This document shows, one piece after another, positions 51,520 through 63,675 of a stretch of DNA of 64,000 bases. Both the position numbers and the translations under genes were made by a program. The stretch is taken from positions 129,766,001 to 129,830,000 of the forward strand of contig OZ360222.1 in NCBI GenBank assembly GCA_977017645.1, read 5' to 3'. Numbering within the stretch: position 1 is the stretch's first letter; every line of letters begins with the position of its first letter. The stretch comes from Torpedo marmorata (Eukaryota). The notes below the pieces were generated by a model, which worked only from the letters and a program-made list of their open reading frames with translations, had not been told where the DNA came from and searched no databases.

Positions 51520-51615
51520 AATAAAAACACAATGCTGGAGGAATTCAGCAGGTCAAACTGTGTACTTTATATAGCAAAGATAAAAATACATAACCAATAC
51601 ATCAAGGGCTCAAGT
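51520..51615 (-). mobile_element. Penelope tail fragment
   Basis: Reverse complement of 28580-28655 and 62320-62395. Confidence 0.75.
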
Positions 51616-54600
51616 ATCTGATCAAATATCTGAGTGCAACTTTTGTGTACAAAAGTCCAACCACGAGATAGTCAGTAATGTTACCTCCAAACTGGAAGGT
51701 TGCGACTTCAATCCCAGTCCAGAGACTTGAACGCATAAGTCAATGCTGTCGAAGATACGATCTTTTGGATGCAATATTAAACTGAAGTTTGGGCTGCTCT
51801 TTCAAACTGACATAAAGAATGACTGGGCACAAATTCATGTAAGAGCAGGAGAACTCTCTCCATGGCTGCAACATTTATCCCATAATGAATGTCACAAGCA
51901 GCATAGATATACTGGGCTTCACTACATTGCTGTATGGAACTTGGCTTTTGTGTCTCCTCCATTACAACAATTACTTTGTTGAAAGCCACTTCATGCTGGT
52001 TGTGAAAGGTGCTAGTTTTTATAAAAAAAAAAGATGGTCCTAAATACAGCTTACTTTTTGAAAAGCTTTCAGAAATTGCACAACAGACGAGATGTTGATG
52101 TTTTTGGGCATTACGTTTTGTGTCCAAGTGCGCTATTTTGCTCCTCCAGCTTGGTAGTTGATTGGTTTCTGTCAATCTTTTCATCCATTTCCTAACATGG
52201 CTCAGTGTTCTGCACTGTTGGTTGGCCTGCATATCACTGAGTCTTTCTCAAGGTGAGTCAAACTTGGCAATTTTATGTTCAGGCATTTCAATTTTAATCC
52301 AATATCATCCAATACTTCTGCAACATCTCAGGCTGAAAAGAGTTGGAGAAATCAATGAATTCAACAGCGTGGATTTTCAAAGATCCAACCACCATTATTA
52401 ATGGCAAAATATATCATTCTAAATATGCTCCAGGAAAACTCTGTCATTATTTCAAATTCTTGTGGCGGCATCCACAAAGTCATATTTTATTTGCTTACTA
52501 TCCTTTTATTAATACCTCTTCACCATTAAAGCAGCTTCCAAGCATTCAAGAAAGAATTACAAAACAACAGCATTTATAAGCATCCATATTGGCTTTCGGA
52601 GCAGAGATATAACAGCATGCAGAGCCTGCTGCATGACTCCAGTGCTATTTATAAAATGGTCGAGGCAGGTGTTGGCAAGTACAAAAACATTTTCCCCCAA
52701 ACTACTGACTTTGACTGCAACTACCATTTTCTTGAACCACAATCACTGTGCATGACAAAAATCTGCCAAGTAATTGCCAAAGGTGATTTCTTGCTGTGAA
52801 CTGCTCCCCAACAACTGAAACATATTGGTAAGGTAGATATGTTCATCATGCAGTAATCAGGCTGTTTCATCCAGCCGCTGACACTATCAGAATTGAATGC
52901 CAGGAGTAATTGATGTCTGAAATACAGCTTTCAGCTTTAATTATGTCAGCTGAAGTTCTATCAAAATTGTGCTTTCAGTCTGTGACCCATTGCCATTTTC
53001 AATTCTGTTCACAGGTCTAAGTTTGGCAGAAGGAATATTCTCTTGAACATTCAGCAACAATGAAGGAGAAAGACCTGATGCGGCATTTTGATTGAAAGCA
53101 AAATATTTCTAGGTGGGAGGCATTAGGAGTTAACATAATCCTCAGTGTCCAGGAATATACAGTTTTGCCTTAAAGGAACTGGAAATTTTCCTCAAAGGAA
53201 AGAAGATAAAACAAAAGAGAAATCATCCCCAAGGACACTAACTCTCCAATGCACATCTTGAGACCAACTAAAAATTTGCAGCCTCCTTAGCAACTGCAAG
53301 ATTGAAAACATCATTGTAAAGCTTCAGTGGGTGAACGGTTCTTCAGATTTAGACTTAGACATTACTGTTTTCCATCACGCTACAGAGAGTGTTCCAAATG
53401 CACAAAAAGACTAATTCAAACTGCAGCTGTGGAAAACAACAAGAGATACAAATGTCTCAGCTCTTTAATATAAAGTGAAGAATCAAAGGAAGCAAAGCAC
53501 AACTTCCCCAAGAGTGGCTTAAAGTTAGAGTTTCTTTCAGCAAAAAAGATATCATTATCTGCTGATCTGGCCATTGCAAATCTTTTTGGCATGTTCACTG
53601 AAAGATTGGGGACAAGTCAGGTGGTCTGGAATGTAAATCAGGATCGGCTGTGTAAACATCAAGACAAAAGAAAATAGCCGCTCTACTAGAGGGAGTTAAA
53701 CTGGTGCACCTTTCAGGAAGAAAGGAAATACTACCTGGAAATGTAATATTTGTGTTCTGAGATTATTTTGGCAAGCACAAGATTTTCTGGGATGCACTAA
53801 ATGTGGTAAGGTTGCTTTCCTTTAACTCGAGCATAGATAACTGTAAGCAGTTACACAATACTGCAACACTTGTGATAAAATTATGTTGACTGTATTTTTT
53901 AGAGGCTATGGTTATTTGAAGTTTCAATTACTGTACAACAACATTCTTCTGGATGCTGGTATGAATCATGAACAAGTAAATAATTTAACCTTCTATATAA
54001 CATGACAAAATATAGTCAACTAAACAGGGCTCTGGGTGCTCTAATAATAGTATCATTTCTACCATGGTACTCTAATCTCGGAGTCAAACTAGATCCTTGA
54101 GCACAATAACTCCAGGTTTACACTCCGAGGGAATGTTGCTTTACTGGAGGTGCAGTCTGTTTTTCCCTCGGAATAACTGAGCCAAAGTTTATCCTAAAGG
54201 CCCTGGGATACTACTATCTATTATACTATTATCCCTCAGTCAGAATCAATGAAACCAATGATCATTCTCAGATTGCTATCTATAGGAGCTCACATGCAAA
54301 CTAGTTGCTGCATTTCCAATATTACCATGTTACACAAAAGTACTAACTTGCCTTTCAATGTTTTGAAATGTTGTGAAGAGCAGCAGAAATGCAAGTTCCT
54401 TTCAGGTGCCATGGACTACATATTTAATTAAGCCAGATTCTACATTGAGCTATGATTAATAGACTTACAATAATGTTTTTATTAAACAGTGACGAATATT
54501 TTGTGTTTACTAAGTACACACTTCGGCAAAAAAAAAAGTATAAACACAAGTGACCAGGGTACCTAATATCAGAGGGCACTCAGAGGCAAGCTTGTAATAA

Positions 54601-54860
54601 AATCAACTGATCTTTATTATCGGAAACCAACAAAAATCACAAAATGACCGAGAGCCTCATATTCTGATCTGAAGAAGGCGAGAATCTTTAGTTGGTGGGA
54701 AACCATTTGAAAGAACTGATGGGGTACAAGTCTTGTCTGAATGATTTCAAAGCATAATTTATTTTGGCAAAACTGGCATTTTTAAAGATTGAAATCAACT
54801 GTTTATTTGTTTAAACTGTTGCTGTTATCTTTCTACAGCCCAGCTCATATTCAAGATGCA

Positions 54861-54880
54861 TCTTTTCTCTGCCTTCTAGG
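54861..54880 (+). promoter_or_regulatory. Splice acceptor of the FLRT3 coding exon
   Basis: Polypyrimidine tract tcttttctctgccttctag|g (AG at 54878-54879); a second possible acceptor ttatctttctacag with AG at 54837-54838. Confidence 0.65.
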
Positions 54881-54924
54881 TTTTAAAGGATTAAATGTGC
54901 TGCCAATCAAAAACACCCTTGAAC

Positions 54925-56880
54925 ATGACCAGCAAGATCTCAAATTGGTTTACGTGGGCTGGCATAGGATTATTTCTTGGACTAATGATGAAGACAGTCA
55001 CTGTGGAATCATGTCCCTCAGTATGTCGGTGCGATCGAGGTTTTGTGTATTGCAATGACAGAGGGTTAACATCTATACCTACTGGCATTCCCGAGGACTC
55101 CACAACCCTTTTCCTACAGAACAATCATATTAAAAATGCTGGAATTCCAAGGAAGCTCCTGACCTTAGTTAAGGTGGAAACTATTTACTTGTACAGAAAT
55201 AGTCTGGATGAATTTCCCACCAATATACCAAAATACATTAAAGAACTTCACTTGCAGGAAAACAATATAAGGGCAATCTCCTTGGATTCCCTTTCCAAAA
55301 TACCCTATTTGGAAAGGCTGCATTTGGATGATAATTCAGTATCTGCCGTTAGCATTGAAGAAGGCGCCTTTCAAGAGAGTAAATATCTCAGATTAATTTT
55401 TTTGTCAAGGAATCATCTCAGCAGTATACCCTTTGGACTCCCCAACACTATTGAAGAGTTAAGATTGGATGACAATCGTATTGCCACGATTTCAGAGGAT
55501 GCCCTGAGACAGCTTACTGGCCTGAAACGTTTGGTATTAGATGGGAACTTGCTAAGCAACCAAGGGCTCCAAGATAACGTTTTCAATAACCTTGTGAACC
55601 TTATAGAGTTGTCTCTTGTACGCAATGTTCTTACTTCTCCCCCAATTCTACCCATAACAAGCTTACAGAAGCTCCACCTTCAAGAAAATCATATTAATTT
55701 GATCCCCACCAATGCCTTTTCCTATCTGAGACAATTACATCGGTTAGACTTGTCTAATAATAATTTAACCCACTTGCCTCAGGGAATCTTTGATAATCTG
55801 AATAACCTAACCCAGTTGTTACTCCGCAACAACCCCTGGTATTGTGGCTGCAAAATGAGGTGGGTTCGGGATTGGCTTCGCTCACTTCCAACCGGTGTCA
55901 ATGCCCGTGGGCTGATGTGCCAATCACCTGAAAAAGTTAGAGGCATGGCTATTAAGGACCTTGCAGTTGCAATGTTTGGCTGCAAAGAAATCACCTCAGA
56001 AACTATCCTCACCTCCACATCACGCACCCCTGTAACTTCAGTTCTGTTACCAGCCACACAAGGACAATGGCCTTCATTTGAAACGAAACAGCCATTTGGG
56101 AAAAAAAGACACCATGGTTACTACCATCCTACAGATGTTCCTGGGGGCATAGCTGTGCGACTCAGTGTGGAATCTGTGAGTGTAGATACTATTCATATCA
56201 CCTGGAAGACATTCCTGCCTCTGACGGCACTCAGGCTCAGCTGGCTCAAGATGGGACATAATCCTGCATTGGGATCTATTACTGAAACCATTGTGCACAG
56301 TGAGAGAAGTGAATATTTACTTACAGCCCTTGAACCCGAGTCGTTCTATCGCATCTGTATGGTTCCCATGGAAACCAGCAATGTGTATCTGTTGAATGAG
56401 ACCCCAGTCTGCACAGAAACAGAGACTGCGTCTCTGAAGACACACAACCCTACAACCACCCTTAACAGGGAGCAGGAGAAGGAACTTTACAGAAAGACAA
56501 GCCTGACTTTGGCAGGCATCATAGGGGGTGCGGTGGCTGTCGTGGTAATCGCTTTACTCGCACTGGTCTGCTGTTACTTACACAGAACTGGAACCCCTTT
56601 CTCAAAGAATTGTGTGTACAACAGAGGGCGGAGAAGGAAGGATGATGATTATGCAGAGGCCGGAACTAAAAAAGACAACTCAATTTTAGAAATCAGAGAA
56701 ACTGCATTTCAGATGATTCCAATGAACAGTGAGCAAGCAGTGAAAGAAGAATTTGTAATACACACTATATTTCCACCGAATGGGATGAGTTTGTACAAAA
56801 ACAACCACAGTGAAAGTAGCAGTAGCAACAGAAGCTACAGGGACAGTGGAATACCAGATTCAGATCACTCACACTCGTGA
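54925..56880 (+). CDS. FLRT3: Leucine-rich repeat transmembrane protein FLRT3 (signal peptide, LRRNT, LRRs, LRRCT, FN3, TM, cytoplasmic tail); in-frame upstream ATG at 54895
   Basis: Intact ORF; [63 protein letters not shown] and the terminal [14 protein letters not shown] match the recalled vertebrate FLRT3; 54925 has the better Kozak context (A at -3). Confidence 0.97.
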   Translation: MTSKISNWFTWAGIGLFLGLMMKTVTVESCPSVCRCDRGFVYCNDRGLTSIPTGIPEDSTTLFLQNNHIKNAGIPRKLLTLVKVETIYLYRNSLDEFPTNIPKYIKELHLQENNIRAISLDSLSKIPYLERLHLDDNSVSAVSIEEGAFQESKYLRLIFLSRNHLSSIPFGLPNTIEELRLDDNRIATISEDALRQLTGLKRLVLDGNLLSNQGLQDNVFNNLVNLIELSLVRNVLTSPPILPITSLQKLHLQENHINLIPTNAFSYLRQLHRLDLSNNNLTHLPQGIFDNLNNLTQLLLRNNPWYCGCKMRWVRDWLRSLPTGVNARGLMCQSPEKVRGMAIKDLAVAMFGCKEITSETILTSTSRTPVTSVLLPATQGQWPSFETKQPFGKKRHHGYYHPTDVPGGIAVRLSVESVSVDTIHITWKTFLPLTALRLSWLKMGHNPALGSITETIVHSERSEYLLTALEPESFYRICMVPMETSNVYLLNETPVCTETETASLKTHNPTTTLNREQEKELYRKTSLTLAGIIGGAVAVVVIALLALVCCYLHRTGTPFSKNCVYNRGRRRKDDDYAEAGTKKDNSILEIRETAFQMIPMNSEQAVKEEFVIHTIFPPNGMSLYKNNHSESSSSNRSYRDSGIPDSDHSHS

Positions 56881-58000
56881 TAATTGCAGAACAGCTAACT
56901 GAAAGTGACTACAGAATTGGCTGTATTACTTGGAAACACTGGATTTGTGAATACTGGAGGAAACATGACTGCACATTTGCCATATAATTTATATTTAATG
57001 AACTTTGTATCAATAAAGTTGCAGTATCCAGGTGATTATTGCTGAATTGTGCAGTACGGATATCTGACCACCAATTCTATATTTTAGTAACTTCTAGTAA
57101 TTTGTATTTTTTTTCTTTGATAACCTTGAAAGATTTCAGAAAAATTAAATTTTGTGTTCTATTGATGGAAGGTTGCTTGTCAGCTGTGAAGGTGGTTTTC
57201 TTTCAAGTGCTAACATTCAGAGACCTTTTTAAAGTGTATTTGAGAACCTTGTAGTGGAAGCACAGGTCCTTTTACTTGCTACTGAGACTAGGTATCTTGC
57301 AGATGAATAGTACAGGCAGTCCCCGGGTTACGAACAAGATCCGTTCCTAAGTCTGTCTTTAAGTCGAATTTGTAGGTAAGTCGGAACTTGCTGCACGTGC
57401 AGCTTTTAAATCATTGAAAAGGCTTCGAGCCTTTTCTTGCACTGAAGTACAGGCAAACAGGCATATTACGCTGATTTTGATCGTCAACGGCAACGTTAAT
57501 GGCAACGTGATCTGACTTAAAATGGCGGACGGCGTTCTCCTTCCTCGAGCTGACAAACTGCTGAAGCCGCGCGTAGACCATTCGTAAGTACGAGTTGTCC
57601 GTAATTCGGACGTATGTAACCCTGCCTGTGTACTGAATTTTAATTCGGGATTTAAGAGGAAACTATGTATGTTGTTCATGCCCAAGTATGTTGCACAGAA
57701 ATAACTCAATACCAGAAATATGATAGTGTTTGTAACACATCATTACACCTTAAGGTATACGTTATTTGCTATTGTGTTTAGACTTGGAATCACAGAATTC
57801 TTTATGGCCACAAGAAAAGGTACTTTTTAAAAATAAAATTAAACCAAAGTGCATTGTTCGCCCTTTGGCCAGTTTTGTATGTGCCTTGACCAAATGTTAA
57901 TTGTATTCAGCGTTTTAAAATACGATAACTTTTTTTTCACTCCATTCTTGTCAATGAGATAAAAGTGGTCTTTCTGCAGAATAAAACTGAACAAAATTAA
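56881..58000 (+). other. Probable FLRT3 3' UTR
   Basis: AU-rich unique sequence with AATAAA at ~57012, ~57832 and ~57980; the end point is uncertain. Confidence 0.5.
57313..57628. mobile_element. Tigger-type MITE
   Basis: TA + CAGGCAGTCCCCGGGTTAC left end; right end GTAACCC-TGCCTG (partly deleted TIR). Confidence 0.8.
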
Positions 58001-60214
58001 ACTGTTGAGTTATTTGTCTAATGACACAAAGACTGCTCGCATTTCTTGAAAACAATAACAATTTTAAACACTAGCTTTCCAAGGTGATCTTCGGAGACAG
58101 GAGAATCTTTCACAGGCTTGCCACTAATCGGTACAATTCAAAGTACTCAGGCATATGATTCCTTAAAAGATATTGATGCAGCTTCAGCACTGTTTGGTCC
58201 CACATTAATAAAGAAAGAGTACAAAATCATGACCTTTACCACCAATAAAACAACAACTGAATAATACAGTGACTGTAAAATAGTTTTTCCATCACTTAAG
58301 GTGTTGCAACTCCTACTTAGACAGTTAAAATTGAAACAATGGCAGAAGGAGTGTCGGACCACATTATTGTTCAGAATTCTTCTTGGTCAAGATGAGACAA
58401 CATACAAAATACATCTTTGCTGCTCATATTTGGGGAAAATTAAAAATGGCAAAGACAACTTAATTAGATTTCAGGAAGTAATCAAGTTTTACTCCTTTTC
58501 TGGTGAGGAATTAACTTGCTCAGATTTACCATTTTTGAACATTGGAGGGATGCTGAATAAAATTTAGGTTGATCTGAGTGGAACTAAATTGGTCAGAACA
58601 AAGCAAGTCTCTGGGCATGTAAACCAAAGACTGCACTGTAAATGGGGATCAAGAAAGAGTTATGAGATATATGTTATCTTCTAGTTGCATCTTAGCGATT
58701 TCTTGCCTCAGTTAATTTTGATTTTGGCATTTGAAGGACAGTTTTGGTCCACATAGGTTAAGGTTCAGAAATAAAGAAATTCCCCAAAAAACAGTATTTA
58801 TAGAGCAGTTAGGTCCTCGGGGCAACATAAATACTTGAAAAATTATCACTTCTGAACTTTAGCCATTTTAAATGGGCAAACAAGGCTGTCAAATCTGGAA
58901 AACTAACGGGTGAACAGATAATACAGTCCCAACTATTTAAAATGATACACATCTAAATAGATGAAGATGTCGATTGTTAATTTGATCATTCAAGAATATT
59001 AAGTTCAGGCTTATAATTTGAGGCACGGTAACAATATCAATAACTATCTTTGAGGCATTTTTAGTATCGTACATCATACCAAAAGGACTTTGCAGAACTT
59101 TATTAAACAAATTTGTCACCAAACCACAAAAACATAATAGGACTGGTGAAAGTCAGAAGGGAAATCCAATGCTTGGGAGCTAAGCTGCCAACAACTTAAA
59201 TACTGGGAGCAATAAAGAAGAAGACAGAAATGGAGGAATGCAGACATTAGAGCAAATTTTACTTCAAAAAGAAATCTTACAGGACTGTAATAATTTTCAC
59301 ATGTTACTTCTTCCTCATTTTTCTATGGTCTTATTTTCCATTTATTTTATTGCTTTGCCACCCAAGTCAGATCATATGCACAAGACTGCATCAGCATAAT
59401 TTACAAGCCTCTTGAGATTTCTGGATTCTCTTCACTTACAAGCCTACAACCATCACTGACTTACTTTGGACCAAATGGAAATTCAGTCATCTTCTCAACT
59501 CTCACTCTGTCCTGCCCGCCCCTCATTTAGTGTCATATCTAACTGACTGACTGCTAAGAGCACCCTCCTCAAGGATCTAGATAGTTTTGGAATGTGTGCA
59601 TTGGCCTCTTTGCATTTGGCTCAGTCATTTCTAATTAATTAGATTGGACACTAAATAATAAAGATATAAGATCACTGCTGGTAGTTTACAAAACCAACAA
59701 TGATTTTCAACATTTCGACTAAATCACTCTTAACCTTGTCTGCTCCAGGAAGAACCATCTCAATCTCTCTTGTTCCTAATGGCATTACTTACTGGCATTT
59801 CTCCTCTACAGCTTTTCCAAGGTGTTGACTACCTCTCTAAAACCTGTGGTGCCCAAAATTGGAGAACTGAGCAGAACTGAGCTGCAGTCCAACCAGAATG
59901 GATTTCTGCAAACTGTTGTTGATACTTATATTTTAATCTCATTTTCAATCTGAATGTTTCTGCTATTAATCAGTACAGCTTCATTTAAGTCACCTTATGA
60001 ATTGAAAATATCAAAATGCAGATTACTTAATTCGCTCCTTGAATACTCATTGCAATAAAACACAGGCTGGTGACTATGAATTAGAGAACTATTCATTTGT
60101 TCTGTCACCTGGAGACTCATGATGATGCAGAAGAAATGAAAGGAAAAGGTTGAAACAATTTCAGTATATTTCCCTCAAGAAAGACTCTTTTGAGGTTATT
60201 TCCAATTATGGGAA

Positions 60215-60915
60215 ACACAAAAGCTGCAGATGCTAGAATCTTGAGCAAAGAACTGGTGGAGGAACTCAAAAGGTCAGACAGCATCCATGGGTATAAAAAT
60301 GGTCAGTCATCGTTTCGGGTCTGAACTCTTTATCAAAATTAAGATTGAACTGGTGAAATTGTAAATATAAATATAAAGGGGGACAGAAGGAGAGTGAGAA
60401 GAGGAGAGACAGGTAGAGGAAGAAACCATTTGGGGGGAGGGGTGGTTGGAAAAGAGAAGTTAGTGAGAGCGAGAAAAAAATTAGTAGGTAAAAAGAGATG
60501 GAAACAGTGGAATCAGATGGAGCAGGGGTTACCTGAAAAAAGATCAATGTTCATGCAATGAGGCCAAACACAAACTTGAAGAACAACATATCATATTCCT
60601 CCTGGACAGCCTTAAACCTAACAGTATAAACATTGATTCCACTGTTTCCATCTCTCTACCTACTCAGGTACATAGTTTTTCTCTCTCTAAATTTTCTTTC
60701 CCCTCCTAATGGGTTCTCCCTCTACCTATCTCTCCACCTCCCACAGCTCTGTCCCATCGCCTCCAGGCACCTTCCCCAGCTTCTTTCTCCCTTTATATTT
60801 GTAACTTCCCCTCTTCGATCTTAGTCTTGATATAATATTCAGACCCGAAAAGTTGACTGACTATTTCTACCCATGGATGCTATCTGACCTGCTGAGTTTC
60901 TCCAGCAATTCTTAT
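60215..60915. mobile_element. Penelope remnant with inverted terminal (pseudo-LTR) arms
   Basis: 60250-60555 is the diverged reverse complement of 60625-60915; the centre encodes KLEEQHIIFLLDSLKPNSINID (GIY-YIG C-terminus). Confidence 0.8.
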
Positions 60916-62289
60916 TTCCAATTGTGTTGGCAAGATTACAAGAATTGTAAGATTAAATAAAATGGCCAAAATCTTTCTTGTTTACCAGGTTCTATCTTCA
61001 TGATAAACTCACAATACATTTAAATAGGAACATATGAACAAGACCAACCCATTAAGCCATTCAAGTCAGTTCCCTTACCCAGTTAACGTTTTGGTTAACC
61101 TCTTTTATAATATCTATTCTGCTACATTCCTTTCATAGTGTTTGGTTCTACAGTGGACTATGTTGATGATTTCATGAACTTATTCATATTTTCCTTTCTG
61201 TCAATTGTCATGAAGTAAGAGGTATTACATAAAATTACTTTGCCCACTTGGTCAATCTTTCACAGTGACTGGGCCCAAAAAAGATGTGCATGATTGAACT
61301 GAGAATATTTGAGAAAAAAAATCAATGTCTTGATTCAGTAGACATATTGATCTTGCATGTGGAAATATGGGAGAGAGAAATCTGACAGTCCAGCATTATT
61401 TGAAACATCAGAATGGATAAATTATCCGTACTGCAAGCTACCTAAATACTAATGTTTTAAATCATATAGTAACTTAAGCAATATCAAATATATTTAGTTA
61501 TTATGTGGAGTATATACAATCTCACTGGGACAAGGTATTGGTGAATCAAATTTCAAGATGGTACTGATCGCTAAACATAATAATAATCTTAGTAATATTG
61601 ACAAATTACAGTGATTGCCACAGATTCAACTTTCTATTGGAAATGAGCCTTAAGCACATTTGAAAGAAAAAGATAAATATGAAATATATCATTTCTTTCT
61701 CAGGGCTGAATGTAAATTCATTCATATCACAAAATCTTCAGTAATACAAATAATTAGAGTCCAAGGCATTTACCCACCCTGGCTGCTTTCCAAATTGATA
61801 CATTCTTCCAAGCAGCGAGCAATTAAAAAAAGAGGCAAAACACAAATAGGACTCCACCAGTCATTTTAAACTCCTTTTGAAATTGCTAGACAATTATTAG
61901 AACTTGTGTTTCAGCTATAAGGCAAGCCTTCCAGTATTTTATGAACCATATGCTTAATAAATCTGTTGATTTACACATGAACTTTTTATTTCATTCTGAC
62001 GAATGAAATAATGTCAGAAATACCCTTTGGGTGGATAATTAAACCAAAAGAAATGAATGTTTATGCATAAATAAAATGGGAAATGGCAGGTGATAGGTGG
62101 AGTGGCGAGTTCATTGAAGGGAATTAATTTTATCTGTGCACTTTAAAGCGTTTTCACACAATTCATGCAATTTCCAGTTCATTGTTATCAAATCATTCCT
62201 CCTGGAGAAAAGATTAACAAGAATCAGGTGCTTGAAAGGGACAAAGTTGCCAATAATATGAATACTAACTGATTGGTCAGCTGGAAACT

Positions 62290-62432
62290 CATACCTTGAT
62301 GATGGGCTCAAGCCCGAAATGTTGGTTATGTATCTTTATCTTTGCTATATAAAGTACACTGTTTGACCTGCTGAGTTTCTCCAGCATTGTTTTTATTTCA
62401 ATCATGGTGTCTGCAGGCTTTTCGTGTTTTAC
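62290..62432 (+). mobile_element. Penelope 3' tail with hammerhead-like core
   Basis: Near-identical to 28549-28656; ttgatga-t-gggc-tcaa-gccc-gaaa. Confidence 0.8.
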
Positions 62433-63081
62433 TCCTGTGAAATTTCTTTAAAATTTGCCATGTTGGAATGGACCAATGGAAACAAGAATCACCCTGTTTA
62501 AAAACTTATTAATTTAATAACAGCTGGATGGATAGTTTAGTGGCACCAAGATATGAAAGGTTAAAAATAAAGTTCAATAAATTAACATGTCAAGGGCCAC
62601 AGCAATCTCATTCTGCCTTGAAAATCACACTGGGCCTGAATTTAAAGCTCCTCTATGCCAAGGTCAAATGATACATTGAAATCACATTTTTTTAATTTGA
62701 TTGCCCACAGACAACTTGGCCTTGGTCCAAACTTGGACCAAATAACTAAATTTTAGGGCAAGGTAAGAATGACTGCTCTTCATACCAATGGAACTTTGTT
62801 TGAGTGTGGTGTCAAAGAGCTATGTGAAAATGAAATCAAGCATTGAACGGAAAACTCCAATTGTTGGAATTGCACCTCCCACAAATGGAAGATGTTGTAT
62901 TTTTTGGAGGTCAATCATCCCAGCTCCAGAATATCCCTGCAGAAGTTGCTCAGAACAGTGTCCCAAAAGTGTTCTGCTGATGTCAGTAACCATGGGACAC
63001 AGTCTCAAAATAAGGGGTCAGGGATTCAGGACAGAGGTGTGGAGAAATTCCTTTATTCAGAAGAGAGAAAATTGTTCAAAA

Positions 63082-63675
63082 TTAAGCACAGAAAATGTTC
63101 TGTTTGCTCTGTTTCTCTTCCCTCAGATGGGGTCTGACCTGCTGAGTATTTCCAGTATTTTCTGTTTTTATTACAGACGAGCAGGATACCCGGCGTTGCC
63201 CGGGCTTTGCTCCACAATGTTGGCATACCTCTGACATGGAGCCAATTACAACTGCATCAATGGAAGAATACTCAATGTCAACTGAGTAATTGAATGCAGC
63301 ATTTAGCAGGTTGGCTGTAGTAAATGGTGCTGCCCTTCGGCTGGTGGCTTTTGTTCGCATTGCTTGGAGTCTTGCTTGTTCTTCCTCAGCAGGCTCTTGT
63401 TGTCTGCTCATGGAATGCCTGGCGGCATCAGCACTGAGGCAGGCTTGGCGTTGTTCCTCAGTTTCCTGCTGCCTGCTCCTTGTTTGTCTGGAGGCCTGAG
63501 CACTGAGGTGGGCCTGGTGTTGCTGTTCTGTTTCCTGCTGCCTGCTCCTTGCATGTCTGGAAGCATCAACAGTGAGGTGAGACTGATGTTCCTCTGCTGT
63601 CTCTTGCTTTCTCCTTTGTCTAACTCTACGGGCTTGTGAAGAGCTGCCAATGTTGCTTCGCTTTTTTGGGCCCAT
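63082..63675 (-). CDS. Truncated Helitron RepHel N-terminus: four 23-aa STPR-like repeats + AFNY..IG.M..VC..C.AK, reading through the deletion junction
   Basis: MGPKKRSNIG start at 63675; repeats QETAEEHQSHL.., QETEQQHQAHL.., QETEEQRQACL.., QEPAEEEQARL.. at 23-aa spacing; expression unknown. Confidence 0.6.
   Translation of the reverse strand: MGPKKRSNIGSSSQARRVRQRRKQETAEEHQSHLTVDASRHARSRQQETEQQHQAHLSAQASRQTRSRQQETEEQRQACLSADAARHSMSRQQEPAEEEQARLQAMRTKATSRRAAPFTTANLLNAAFNYSVDIEYSSIDAVVIGSMSEVCQHCGAKPGQRRVSCSSVIKTENTGNTQQVRPHLREEKQSKQNIFCA

Larger units (their letters stand above)
50290..54405 (+). mobile_element. Three separate ancient Deu-domain SINE remnants (50290-50515, 51670-52025, 54065-54405)
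   Basis: Shared motifs ttgagcaca/ttgaacgcat, tttatccc, attgct...ggagct and aaatgcaagt. Confidence 0.55.

Noticed and set aside
55413-56298. Antisense ORFs within FLRT3 as possible MACROD2 exons
   Set aside because: Shadow frames of the FLRT3 CDS with no macrodomain motifs.
54895-56880. Assignment as FLRT1 or FLRT2
   Set aside because: Diagnostic stretches ([37 protein letters not shown], terminal SDHSHS) fit FLRT3 as recalled; a phylogeny would confirm.
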